A stretch of 64,000 nucleotides of DNA from Meyerozyma guilliermondii (lineage: Eukaryota). Shown here in pieces: positions 31,772 through 42,136 of this stretch. The notes below the pieces were generated by a model. That model made no database searches. It was not told where the DNA came from and saw nothing but the letters and a program-made list of their open reading frames with translations. Within the stretch, counting starts at the first letter, position 1. Each line of letters begins with the position of its first letter. A program made the translations under genes and the position numbers. The stretch spans positions 558,001-622,000 of the forward strand of contig CP128816.1 in the NCBI GenBank assembly GCA_051546255.1, written 5' to 3'.

Positions 31772-33250
31772 ATGTTGAGATCTGTCCACAGAACCACCAG
31801 CGCCGCTCGGATCGCACAATTAGCCAAGCGGTACTCATCGTATGCCTCGTCGGTTTTCCCCGATGAGCCCTCGGTTCCCCAACTCAAAACCGAGGTTCCC
31901 GGTCCCATCGGAACTCAATTGAACACCAATTTGGGAGACGTGTTCGATAATAGAGCCGCCTACTTTGTTACCGACTACTATAATAGTATAGGTAACTATA
32001 TCTCCGATGCCGATGGGAACAAGCTCCTCGACGTCTATATGCAGATCGCATCCATCGGTTTGGGGTACAATAATCCTGCACTCAAGCAGGTTGCAAAACT
32101 GGACGAAATGACAACAGCTTTAATCAACCGGCCAGCTTTGGCATGTTTCCCAGGAGTAGATTACCAGAAAGTGCTCGAAGACGGTATCTTGAAAGCCGCA
32201 CCTCCGGGAATGACTAAAGTTTGGACAGCCACCACCGGATCCGATGCTAACGAGACTGCATTCAAGGCAGCGTTCATGTTGCAAGCGGCACGCGACCGCG
32301 GGTCGCGTGACTTTAACCAACAAGAGCTTATCAGTGTGATGAACAATGAAGCTCCTGGCGCCTCCGAAAAGTGTATTCTTTCGTTTGACAAGGCGTTCCA
32401 CGGACGGCTTTTCGGGTCTCTTTCCACCACGAGATCGAAGGCCATTCACAAGTTGGACATTCCTGCATTTCCATGGCCCAAAGCACCATTTCCAGCGTTG
32501 AAATATCCATTGAAAGATTTTGAAAATGAGAATAAACAAGAAGAAAATCGTTGTTTGGAGCAATTGGAGGACATTATAGTTGGAAAAGGTAAAGGAAATA
32601 TCGCTGCTTTGATTGTGGAACCTGTTCAATCCGAAGGTGGAGACAACCATGCCTCTGCCAGTTTCTTTCAAGGTGTTCGTGATATCACATTAAAACACAA
32701 TATTTTCATGATTGTGGATGAAGTTCAGACTGGTGTGGCCGCCACAGGAAAGTTCTGGGCCCATGAGCATTGGAACCTTTCAACTCCACCAGATATGGTG
32801 ACTTTTTCAAAAAAGTTCCAAGCAGCAGGTTTCTATTTTAGAGACCCAGAATTACAGCCTCGCCAAGCTTATCGCCAGTTCAACACCTGGTGTGGAGATC
32901 CATCCAAAGCACTCATTGCAAGGACAATTGTTCAAGAAATAGAGGCAAATAATCTTGTTGCTGCTACTGCCTCTGTTGGAGACTATCTCTTCAACAACCT
33001 TTCTTCGCTTTTCGAAAAGTATCCCGGCCACGCCTCCAATATCAGAGGTCAGAATATGGGCACCTTTATTGCGTGGGACTCACCAAATGCTGACCATAGA
33101 GCCAAATTTTTGTTGGCATGTCGTGCCAAAGGTGTCAATATTGGAGGATGTGGAGAAGCTGCTATTCGGCTCCGTCCAAGTTTGGCTTTTAATGAGTCGC
33201 ATGCTGATGTGTTGTGTGGTATAATTGAGAATGTGTTGGGGGAGATGTAG
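31772..33250 (+). CDS. UGA1: 4-aminobutyrate (GABA) aminotransferase with mitochondrial-like presequence
   Basis: FHGRLFGSLSTTRSK, EPVQSEGGDNH, DEVQTG, TFSKKFQ, RQFNTWCGDP; Arg-rich, acid-free N-terminus. Confidence 0.93.
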   Translation: MLRSVHRTTSAARIAQLAKRYSSYASSVFPDEPSVPQLKTEVPGPIGTQLNTNLGDVFDNRAAYFVTDYYNSIGNYISDADGNKLLDVYMQIASIGLGYNNPALKQVAKLDEMTTALINRPALACFPGVDYQKVLEDGILKAAPPGMTKVWTATTGSDANETAFKAAFMLQAARDRGSRDFNQQELISVMNNEAPGASEKCILSFDKAFHGRLFGSLSTTRSKAIHKLDIPAFPWPKAPFPALKYPLKDFENENKQEENRCLEQLEDIIVGKGKGNIAALIVEPVQSEGGDNHASASFFQGVRDITLKHNIFMIVDEVQTGVAATGKFWAHEHWNLSTPPDMVTFSKKFQAAGFYFRDPELQPRQAYRQFNTWCGDPSKALIARTIVQEIEANNLVAATASVGDYLFNNLSSLFEKYPGHASNIRGQNMGTFIAWDSPNADHRAKFLLACRAKGVNIGGCGEAAIRLRPSLAFNESHADVLCGIIENVLGEM

Positions 33251-33285
33251 GAAAATTGCGGAAAGAAGCATTGGGCCAAAAAGTA

Positions 33286-33351
33286 TTCGCAGCAAGATTT
33301 CGCAGCCAAATAGTTTTCGCGCCAAATGTTCGCGTCAAATTCGCGCCAAAT
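33286..33351. repeat. Five degenerate TTCGC(G/A)nCAA(A) units
   Basis: ttcgcagcaag, ttcgcagccaaa, ttcgcgccaaa, ttcgcgtcaaa, ttcgcgccaaa. Confidence 0.75.
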
Positions 33352-33880
33352 TTGATAAGAATAGTTGACATTCAGTATGAGGTTGTAGATATGGTCACTA
33401 CTCAATCTCTTAATACAAATTCTTAATACAATGTTATACTCTAACTTTAAATTTGCAGCCAAACATTCTCTCAATTCGAAGAAAATAATAAACATAGTGA
33501 AATATGAGTCGTGATCTATAATGCTAATAAATATACTTCATTTATAAAATCGCCAGTAGAATATGTCTTTTCGCATCACTTGTCGCTTACGCTTCAAGTG
33601 CTTCGCTGTACTTCGGCTGTTGCTCGCGCTCGCTACCGCTCGCGCTCGCTGTCGCAATTACCTGCCGGTTTCCGGATGGGGCGCTCCTGCACAGCGTCAG
33701 GTGTCACCGCTGTTTGCATACTATTATTTTCTTCCTTGAAACACCCCCATTTTTCCCAAAACTTATCCGGTTTCTGCCCCTGCTTCAGGAACCTTATTTA
33801 TTCATCTTCCCAACCTAATATTTATTTATCATCATGGTATGCAATAATACCAGCTTTTTATAGTGTGACACGATTACGAC

Positions 33881-36631
33881 ATGCTTGGAAGACTTCTTAG
33901 AAAAGGTTCTAGTTCTTCCTTATATGCCAACAACCAGCCCTCTTCGAACCAGGAGATTCCTAATAACGCTGGGTTGGCCCCGGGTAACGGCGTGGTGAAT
34001 AATGGCAATTCTTTTGAAGATGGTTATACTCGTGAGACCCTTTATGGAACCTCCGATTCTCGGTCTTTGGTTCCTGTCCAGTTTGACAGAACAGCGTTCC
34101 GGGTCATAGTGTCTCAGGACGGCGGGAATCTTCGTTCAAAACAGGTTCTTTACGACTCAGCGTACAATGGAACTCCGATTGCTCGCAACCAAAAATCGAA
34201 ACTACACCACCATGCCGCGGAGCTACACGACTACATATTTGGGTGTGGAATTCCGGCAAACGAATCTCACTTTTCATCCAAACTCCACATCCTTCCCTCA
34301 CCTCACAACAAGTTTAATGATACCCAATACTCTGTGCTCGTTTCCAAGTTATTTTCCCTCACCGATCTCGCTGACGAAGACACCTATTCGACTCCCTCGT
34401 GGCGCCCACAACTGGCCCTAGATACCGACAAGGCTAACACTTTACATGCTAGCTTGCCATCCTTTGATTATAAGCCCACATCAAAATCACACAACCTCAT
34501 CCACAGCCGGTTCGCCGTGGCCTTCATCATACCCATCGAATCACTCGATAACTTGACCACGGTGGTGTTGAACAACTGGGAAGAAATCTGCCATTTTCTG
34601 ATTATTCTCCAGCGTTTAGTCAGCAAAAAACTAGTGACGCTTCTCAATAATGCTGTTCGTGATGAAGTGTCTGATTGCGATGCTTCACCCTACATCACCA
34701 ACAAACGGATCCAGTTCCCGGATCTCGTGCTCCAACAAGACTCAGACGTTGCTTTGCAAATCAAGAAACTCGTCCGCTTGGTACATTATAACACCAATGT
34801 TCCTCGGCTAGCCAGCACTAACCTGTTGATACGTTTCAGCGCCGCAAGCGGCTCCACGTCTTTCCATCCCATCATCATAAATTGGGCTATCGAGCTCACC
34901 AACTGGCTAGAATTCAAGGATGGTAAAAACATACAACTGACGAATGCACTTTCATCCAATACCCAATTTCTTCACAACGACGATGTGATGATGAGTAGCA
35001 CTTTTCTTGCATCGTTATTTGCTACCGTTTTGCCCTTCCGGAAACTGTTAGGTATGAAACCTTTGGAAAAGGGTCCCGATAGACACCACCGCGACGTTAC
35101 CAGAGTTGTAATAATGACCGGCAATCCGGTTGTTGCCAAAAAACTCGTATTTATTCTCAATGGACTCATACCCGACAATCGCATCAGCGTCGAATTGACC
35201 CATTGCAAGGACGTATCTGCCTTGAAAGACACTGCAGAACCGTGCGTTAGAGAACACCATAATGAACCTTTAAGAGCCCCACGAAACTATTATTTATCAC
35301 CTTCACCCACTGAAGAAGTAGTGAGCAGTTCCTTCGGATCGACGCCCACAAAAAACAAAGTTCAGGCAATGCCTATTCCTATAAAATCAGCACCGATTTC
35401 CACGGCCAACAGTTCCGACAATTCTGCTCATTCTCTTAGTCGCTCGGCGACTTCCAGAGGGTGGGAGATTCCCCATAAATCGTGTGCGAGCACCTCCACT
35501 ACTCCACTCAAATCAAAAGTCGACACAACCACCAACACTATACCCATAAAGGCTACAAAGGGGACTGGAAATAACCTGGAATCACGAAGATCGCTTTCAC
35601 GTTCCACGTCCATGGCATACCTTTCTTCTTCACTCAGCTCGACTCTTTCGTCGTCGGCATCGAATTACTCGCTTTCAAAGCTTGGAGGCAGTTTTCTCGA
35701 CATGTGGAAAGGAGCACAACCAGGACACATGGGGTCTTACTTTGATCATCATCCGCCAGAGTTCGAACCCCATATTACTGGTGGTTCTTTGTCAAAGAGA
35801 AACTCGGTCCAGTACATGCGGACCCCGTCGCCGGCTGTCGAGCACGACGAGTTCAATTGGCATCCCCAACCGCCCAACAGATCGAACCGAAAACCTGCCA
35901 ATATCGACACCAAGCATGTTGAAAATGGCTATGAACTTATCAGGTCCACCACGGGCATTTATCCAACGTATAAGGTTCGTGGGAAGACACTACTGCACAA
36001 TATTCCACAAATGATCAACGAAGCAAGAATTAGGGCCAAGTGCAGCAAAATCATGAATTCAAAGCTCCTGGTATCGTCATATTCGAGTAACACACTCAGT
36101 ATCAGTGATGGAGATGAAGACGATAGTCTTGGTGGAGATGACCAATCGACAATAACTTCGCTTTCTGATGTTTCGGACCGCATAGCTCACAGTGTACCCC
36201 TCTTGCCTGTGGCTGCGTTTTCCGACGAGTTTTGGCCCGAGTTTGTGCTCCAATCTTGTCCACTTAGTCCTAAGCTAGAGAGCCAGATCACCACTGCCAT
36301 GAAGAACGACCTTTTGTTTTTCAAGAATAGTTGTGGGTACAACGATGTAAGCTCGCGTACAATCTTGGTAAGTCTTCGTGCCAAGGAAATCAAGCTCTTT
36401 GAGATGAAAACCGTGCCTGGGGACGAAGGAGGAGATAATACTGCTACTGCGTACAAGTCGTCAGTTAGGCGAGTTTTCACTCCACAGAAAAATCACGGCG
36501 ACAAAGAACTTATTGCGAAAGTCGAGGCCAGGTTCGATCGGGTGACGCAATGTCTACAGGCATACATGAGCAAGAAAGACAGTGATCCGCAAGACCTCAT
36601 ACAAGTGGTTCTACTGCTTATAGATATATAG
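33881..36631 (+). CDS. LST4: Lst4/FNIP-like longin-DENN protein
   Basis: MLGRLLR start, FRVIVSQD.G, YIFGCG, RVVIMTGNPVVAKKLVFIL, MKNDL motifs. Confidence 0.75.
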   Translation: MLGRLLRKGSSSSLYANNQPSSNQEIPNNAGLAPGNGVVNNGNSFEDGYTRETLYGTSDSRSLVPVQFDRTAFRVIVSQDGGNLRSKQVLYDSAYNGTPIARNQKSKLHHHAAELHDYIFGCGIPANESHFSSKLHILPSPHNKFNDTQYSVLVSKLFSLTDLADEDTYSTPSWRPQLALDTDKANTLHASLPSFDYKPTSKSHNLIHSRFAVAFIIPIESLDNLTTVVLNNWEEICHFLIILQRLVSKKLVTLLNNAVRDEVSDCDASPYITNKRIQFPDLVLQQDSDVALQIKKLVRLVHYNTNVPRLASTNLLIRFSAASGSTSFHPIIINWAIELTNWLEFKDGKNIQLTNALSSNTQFLHNDDVMMSSTFLASLFATVLPFRKLLGMKPLEKGPDRHHRDVTRVVIMTGNPVVAKKLVFILNGLIPDNRISVELTHCKDVSALKDTAEPCVREHHNEPLRAPRNYYLSPSPTEEVVSSSFGSTPTKNKVQAMPIPIKSAPISTANSSDNSAHSLSRSATSRGWEIPHKSCASTSTTPLKSKVDTTTNTIPIKATKGTGNNLESRRSLSRSTSMAYLSSSLSSTLSSSASNYSLSKLGGSFLDMWKGAQPGHMGSYFDHHPPEFEPHITGGSLSKRNSVQYMRTPSPAVEHDEFNWHPQPPNRSNRKPANIDTKHVENGYELIRSTTGIYPTYKVRGKTLLHNIPQMINEARIRAKCSKIMNSKLLVSSYSSNTLSISDGDEDDSLGGDDQSTITSLSDVSDRIAHSVPLLPVAAFSDEFWPEFVLQSCPLSPKLESQITTAMKNDLLFFKNSCGYNDVSSRTILVSLRAKEIKLFEMKTVPGDEGGDNTATAYKSSVRRVFTPQKNHGDKELIAKVEARFDRVTQCLQAYMSKKDSDPQDLIQVVLLLIDI

Positions 36632-36707
36632 ATATGCGATCGCGCGAGAAAAAAAGATTGAAAAATAAGATTGAAAAATCTAAACCATATCAAAAACACC
36701 CTTCAGC

Positions 36708-38831
36708 ATGAGTGGCCTGGCGTCTCCAGTGAAGAAGCTGCGTACACCCCCGCTCTTTCTCGACTCACAGGACAAGACAGATGAAGCCAGAACCTCGTTT
36801 CAGGAGATTTCCGAGTGTATTTATGCAAATAAGCAGTTGGGGCATTCGGGCCAAAATGAACAAATGACGTGTGATTGCCACGAAAAATGGGACCAAGCCA
36901 CCCAGCGCAACTTGGCGTGTGGAGAGCACTCCGAGTGTATCAATAGAGCCACCTCGGTCGAGTGTGTAAACAAATCGTGTGGATGTGGTGACGACTGTCA
37001 GAATCAGCGATTTCAAAAAAAGGAATATGCAAATGTTTCGGTGATTCAAACCGAGCTCAAGGGGTATGGGCTACGGGCCAATGAGGAGATAAACGAGTCT
37101 GGGTTCATTTACGAATATGTTGGAGAAGTTATTAATGAAGAAAGTTTCAGGAAACGAATGGTGGAATACGACGAGAAAAAGTTTCCCCATTTTTACTTTA
37201 TGATGTTGAAAAAGGACTCGTTTATCGATGCCACCATCAAAGGCTCGTTAGCACGTTTCTGTAACCACTCGTGCAGCCCCAATGCTTATGTAGACAAGTG
37301 GGTTGTGGGAGACAAATTGCGAATGGGAATCTTTGCGAAAAGGTTGATTCAAGCCGGCGAAGAGATAACTTTCGATTACAATGTCGACAGATACGGCGCT
37401 CAATCGCAGCCCTGTTACTGCGGAGAGCCCAATTGTATCAAAGTAATGGGCGGAAAGACGCAAACCGACGCAGCTTTGCTTCTTCCAGATGGCATCTCCG
37501 AAGCCTTGGGAGTTACCCACCAAATGGAGAGACAATGGCTCAAGGAAAACAAGCATTTGCGGTCCAAGCAACAGAAGGACGACTCAATCATCAACGAGGC
37601 GTTTGTTAAGTCAATTGAAGTTACGCCAATTGAAGACTCAGAAGTATCAAAGGTGATGGGTGCTCTCATGAAGGAACAAGATGTTAACATTACGAGGAAA
37701 CTCGTGGAGCGAATCTACCTCACCGAAGAGCCTACAATCCACTCATCTATCGTGAGAATGCATGGCTACAAGACATTATCACAAGTGCTTCAAACGTGCG
37801 ACAACGATACCTCCACCATCATCCAAACACTAACCATCCTCTCCAAATGGCCCAAAGTCACCAGAAACAAGATCTCTTCGTCGCAGATCGAAGATGTGGT
37901 GCGCCAGCTTCACAAACAAAGCAAGAACAAAAAGATAACCCAACTTTCGTCGGATCTTTTGAAAGAATGGGGAAACCTCCAAATGGCATATCGTATACCG
38001 AAAAACGTCAATGGTGAAAGAGGGTCCAGTTCCCCTTCGGTATATGGCCGTGGAGCTCGTTCAAAGTCGCCTGAGCCTACGGAGCCCGCACCAGAAGAAC
38101 CTCTTCCTGAAGGGTGGAATATGACCATCGACCCCAATACCCAAAAACCATACTACTACCACATGCAATTGGGAATCTCCAGATGGGACCGGCCTGTTCT
38201 GGAGCCGCCCAAGGGTCCTCTGTTTCCCAAGGGACCCAAAAATGAACCACAAAGAAAACGGACTGGAAATTTTGCCGAGGATATTTTGGCGAGACAAGAA
38301 GAAGAACGGTTGAAACAAGAACGAGAAAACCAGTTTAAAGAAATCCAACAGAAGGAGCGAATGCTACAGGATGTGATTCTTCAGTCGCAGCGCCAAGCAG
38401 AAGAAAAGCGTCAAGCAGACGAAAAAGCCAGATTGGAAAAATTGGCTAAAAGCCGTGAAAGGCACCAAAAGCATCAAAAGCATAAGAAAAATAAAAGCGA
38501 TAATAATGTTTCGATCGAGCAGCAGTGGGCCAAGTTGTTTGCCAAACATATTCCAAATATGATCAAGAAGCACGAGAAAACCATCGGTCATGATAATGTA
38601 AAAGGTTGTGCCAAAGATTTGGTGAAAATCTTAGCCAGTAAAGAAATCAAGAAACACCCAGATACAGCACCACCCACTGAGCTTGATCGTGCCAAATTGA
38701 AGAAAATCAAGGAATTTTCAAGTATGTTCATGGACAAGTTTTTACAGAAATATGAAGCCAAGCGAGATGGGAAGAGAAAGCAAGACAATGGAGAAGACGA
38801 AGCCGAAGCCAAAAAGCATAAAAAAGAATAA
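36708..38831 (+). CDS. SET2: Histone H3K36 methyltransferase
   Basis: AWS, SET (ARFCNHSC, EEITFDY), post-SET (CYCGEPNC), WW domain, C-terminal SRI. Confidence 0.96.
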   Translation: MSGLASPVKKLRTPPLFLDSQDKTDEARTSFQEISECIYANKQLGHSGQNEQMTCDCHEKWDQATQRNLACGEHSECINRATSVECVNKSCGCGDDCQNQRFQKKEYANVSVIQTELKGYGLRANEEINESGFIYEYVGEVINEESFRKRMVEYDEKKFPHFYFMMLKKDSFIDATIKGSLARFCNHSCSPNAYVDKWVVGDKLRMGIFAKRLIQAGEEITFDYNVDRYGAQSQPCYCGEPNCIKVMGGKTQTDAALLLPDGISEALGVTHQMERQWLKENKHLRSKQQKDDSIINEAFVKSIEVTPIEDSEVSKVMGALMKEQDVNITRKLVERIYLTEEPTIHSSIVRMHGYKTLSQVLQTCDNDTSTIIQTLTILSKWPKVTRNKISSSQIEDVVRQLHKQSKNKKITQLSSDLLKEWGNLQMAYRIPKNVNGERGSSSPSVYGRGARSKSPEPTEPAPEEPLPEGWNMTIDPNTQKPYYYHMQLGISRWDRPVLEPPKGPLFPKGPKNEPQRKRTGNFAEDILARQEEERLKQERENQFKEIQQKERMLQDVILQSQRQAEEKRQADEKARLEKLAKSRERHQKHQKHKKNKSDNNVSIEQQWAKLFAKHIPNMIKKHEKTIGHDNVKGCAKDLVKILASKEIKKHPDTAPPTELDRAKLKKIKEFSSMFMDKFLQKYEAKRDGKRKQDNGEDEAEAKKHKKE

Positions 38832-38873
38832 CTTTGGGTGTGGTGTACTATATCTATTACATGCTTTCTATAA

Positions 38874-40028
38874 TCAGATGCTACTTTCAAGTAATACAGG
38901 CAAGTTCTCAATGGACTCGGTTCCATAGATGATTTGGTAGGTTGCCTCGAAAAGAGGAAACTCCCCAGTCTTTCCCTTGGCTTCCAAGAGCTCGTGCACT
39001 TCCTTGGCGGTGATAATTCCCTGAGACGATTGGCCGTTCAACAACTTCTTTTCAGCCACCTGGGCCTCCTCTCCGGTTTCCGCCATATATCTGCCAACCT
39101 TGACATTTCTTCCACCAGAACAGGTGGTGATCAAATCAGCAACACCAGCCGACTGTTCAGTGAATGTAGAAGGGTCCGACTCCGGGAAAAATGTTTTGGA
39201 AAAACGAATGGTTTCCAACAATCCAACTCTCATAATGGCAGCTTTGGCATTATCTCCCCAACCTAAGCCTTCCACAAAGCCCACAGCTAGAGCAACAATG
39301 TTCTTCAACGCTCCAGCAATAGACACACCCGCCACGTCCTCAATGACATTAACATGGAAGTAAGGTCTGTGGAACGCTGCTTTCAACACAGTACGATCTA
39401 TATCTTTTCCAGCACCTTTAAAGTCGGCGGGAAGCTTGTAAGCGACGGTAGTTTCTGACCATTTTCCCCTGGCCACTTCGGGAGCCAAATTTGCACCCGA
39501 AAGGGCTCCGCATGCTATTCCCAACTTCTCGGTGATCACGGTGGAAAGAAGCTTGACTCCGTTGGAGTCCACTTCCAAACCCTTCAAGCACGAAATGCCT
39601 CTGGCACTAGGTTTCAATTTACCCTTCAACCGGTCACAAATCCTGGGCAAAAATTGATGTGGCAAGTTGAACACCACCAAATCGGCATCCTTAACGGTTT
39701 CCGTGATATCTGGCTGAGCCCGTAAGTTTTTGGGCAATGGTACACCGGGAAGGTACCTGACATTTTCATGATCCTCATTAATAATTTCGGTCAAATTGCG
39801 TCCATCAACCTTTTCCTCGAACACCCACATGTCTACAAAGTGGGCAAACAAGTGGGGACGAGATAATGCGTTTTCTGCCAAAACTTTGGCGATGGTGGTT
39901 CCCCAGTTTCCAGAACCAATGACGGCAATTTTGAAAGGATGTGAAGGAGAAAGTGACTGTTTAGCATTTGTAGGATTGGGCTCAAGAATATGAGCAAGCT
40001 GGCTGAGTCTGGCGGTCGCACGAGACAT
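38874..40028 (-). CDS. GPD1: NAD-dependent glycerol-3-phosphate dehydrogenase
   Basis: GSGNWGT, LSGANLA, GALKN, SAGVADLITTCSGGRN; likely start MSRATARLSQLAHIL at 40028. Confidence 0.92.
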   Translation of the reverse strand: MSRATARLSQLAHILEPNPTNAKQSLSPSHPFKIAVIGSGNWGTTIAKVLAENALSRPHLFAHFVDMWVFEEKVDGRNLTEIINEDHENVRYLPGVPLPKNLRAQPDITETVKDADLVVFNLPHQFLPRICDRLKGKLKPSARGISCLKGLEVDSNGVKLLSTVITEKLGIACGALSGANLAPEVARGKWSETTVAYKLPADFKGAGKDIDRTVLKAAFHRPYFHVNVIEDVAGVSIAGALKNIVALAVGFVEGLGWGDNAKAAIMRVGLLETIRFSKTFFPESDPSTFTEQSAGVADLITTCSGGRNVKVGRYMAETGEEAQVAEKKLLNGQSSQGIITAKEVHELLEAKGKTGEFPLFEATYQIIYGTESIENLPVLLESSI

Positions 40029-40518
40029 AATTGTAGATTGGCATCGCATTGGCATTACACTTCTTTTATATCTGATTTAATTAACCGAGGCGCACATGAC
40101 GTTATCAGCGTGCCGGGTAACACCCAGCAAACCTGTTGGGGGTTGCTCGATTGTGGGGTTTAGTGTGGGGAGGATAACTGGAGAAAAGTTGGGGAGCTTC
40201 TGAAGTGGCGAATTGGACTTTAGTTATGTTTTGAAGTGGGTTTGGAAACTCAGTGTTCGAGATGTGGAAATGGCATCGCTGGTGTATGGCGGCAATGACT
40301 CGGGAGGAAGGAAGTGATCCGAGGATGACATAAGGGTGCGAAGAGATGGTGGTGAATCTTGTGAATCTTGAGATAGTGAATCTTGTAAGATTGTAGTAAA
40401 TATTTAGTTTGAATATCTTGTGGTGTTTAGATGATGATGGTCAGGTTGGTGAGTGAAGCAATTAAATGAAGTATTTGAAGTATTTGAAGGAAGTAGATTT
40501 TGTTTGGCTGCAATTCAC

Positions 40519-41424
40519 CTACTTATTTCTCTCCAAGTAATTCAAATTGTCCACATACAACTTTTTATCTGTGTTTCGTTTACATGTCAACGTTCCGACG
40601 TGCCTCTTCAACGCATCTTTTCGAGCGAACGACTTGCCGCATTCTTCACAAATATACGGCAATACTTTAAAGTGCTGCTTTTCATGGCGCTTCAAATCTG
40701 ACGACCGCCGAAACGACATTGAGCATTGTGTGCAAAAAAACTTGCGATCCTGATCGTCGGAGTCGTTTAGGTCTGGTGAAGCCTCTTTGGGTCTGGAAAA
40801 AGACGGAGAACGAGGACGAGCGATGGAATCACGGTGCGATAATGGCTGCGAAATCTGCTCCGATATTGGTTCAGAAAGCGAATGTGAGTGGTTAGGCTGA
40901 TGAGTTTGCGGTGTTGTCTGTGGTGCTCTCAACTCGAGTGGTTCGCCCACCAAAAAGTTCCATCCTTCACTTCTTGAATTGGTAGGGTGGTTATTGGAGC
41001 TCACAAAAATATCATTGCTCATATTGGGAAACTGATTGTAGAAGCTTTGGATCATCAATTGACCGTTTTCATTGGCATGGATGTTCAGACCCCGTTTAAT
41101 GGGGTTTCCATGTGGAGACAGAGCATATTGAAGCCGATGTAAAAGGTCAGAAATAGTGGGGTCAACCACAAGTGGATTCAATTCACTGGACTGCTGATTG
41201 GCGGTGGCTGTAGCCACCAACGCTTCTCGTGCCAACCGCAAAAACCTTTCGTCTTCGTCATCAGGTTTGGGAGTTTGATATTGTCTGGCATAACTTGTAT
41301 TCTGTTCAATCACCGGTGTACCGGCAGGAGAATCTCGATAATGAACATCGTTACGGACTCGTTTGCGAGGAGGCGAATCAAGGCGCCCTATTTCGGAATG
41401 AAACATGGGATTATCGTGATTCAT
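40519..41424 (-). CDS. MET32: Met31/Met32 C2H2 zinc-finger sulfur regulator
   Basis: FRRSSDLKRHEKQH..LPYICEECGKSFARKDALKRH..TLTCKRN, diagnostic of Met31/32; N-terminal DERFLRLAREAL helix. Confidence 0.88.
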   Translation of the reverse strand: MNHDNPMFHSEIGRLDSPPRKRVRNDVHYRDSPAGTPVIEQNTSYARQYQTPKPDDEDERFLRLAREALVATATANQQSSELNPLVVDPTISDLLHRLQYALSPHGNPIKRGLNIHANENGQLMIQSFYNQFPNMSNDIFVSSNNHPTNSRSEGWNFLVGEPLELRAPQTTPQTHQPNHSHSLSEPISEQISQPLSHRDSIARPRSPSFSRPKEASPDLNDSDDQDRKFFCTQCSMSFRRSSDLKRHEKQHFKVLPYICEECGKSFARKDALKRHVGTLTCKRNTDKKLYVDNLNYLERNK

Positions 41425-41904
41425 GTACCATGAGCTGAATGCAGAATAGGGTTGGAGCTGATGAAGCGTAGTGGATGGAGCTGATGAGATGGAGCTTAGG
41501 TGAAGCTTGTGGTTAATAAGCTTATATTTGAAGCTTGTAGTGGAAGCTTATAATTGAAGTGAATTGAATGTTGAACTGAATGAAGATTGAGTGCTTGAAC
41601 TGTTGGCTGAGTTGAGTTCAACTGAGGATAAACTGGCGTTCTTGTCCACTCGGTCTCTGCTAAGTACTGAACCTGCTTAGTACTTAAGTAGAACTCTCCC
41701 TATTCTTTGTCTTCCGTACTAATACCGATGATGCAACGTGAATGGCTAATCACGAGTGAGCCACACTAGTTGATGCGGCACGAAAACGATTCACGCAAAC
41801 GAAAAATAAACCGCAGAGCTGCCAATTTAGTACCGCCACAATAAATTTGCAGCTCGTTGCATGCCAGGTGCGGTAACACAGACAAGTGGCAATTAGGTGG
41901 TTGC

Positions 41905-41931
41905 AACTGTGGTTGACAGATTTCACGTGAC
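41905..41931. promoter_or_regulatory. Met31/32 site (AACTGTGG) next to Cbf1 site (TCACGTGAC)
   Basis: AACTGTGG 41905-41912 and TCACGTGAC 41923-41931, about 490 bp upstream of MET32. Confidence 0.65.
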
Positions 41932-42136
41932 ATCATCTCATCGGCAGAACGTGAATCCCGTCCACCGTGCGAAGAACAATTAAACTTCAGCACCCAGTCC
42001 ACCACGCACGACTCAGACACAGTCCACACGCAGTCCAGTCACCGGTGCACCACGATGCTTCGCACATCTAGCAGTACCAGTCTCTATTTTCAATATCAAC
42101 TTTGAATTAGTATCATTTTGAATTTCTTTTCTGATC

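Noticed and set aside
38868..38880. Stop-codon readthrough creating a cryptic PTS1 on GPD (TGA TTA TAG)
   Set aside because: Context is not TGA CTA and the resulting I-x-L is not a PTS1; the other stops I checked gave none either.
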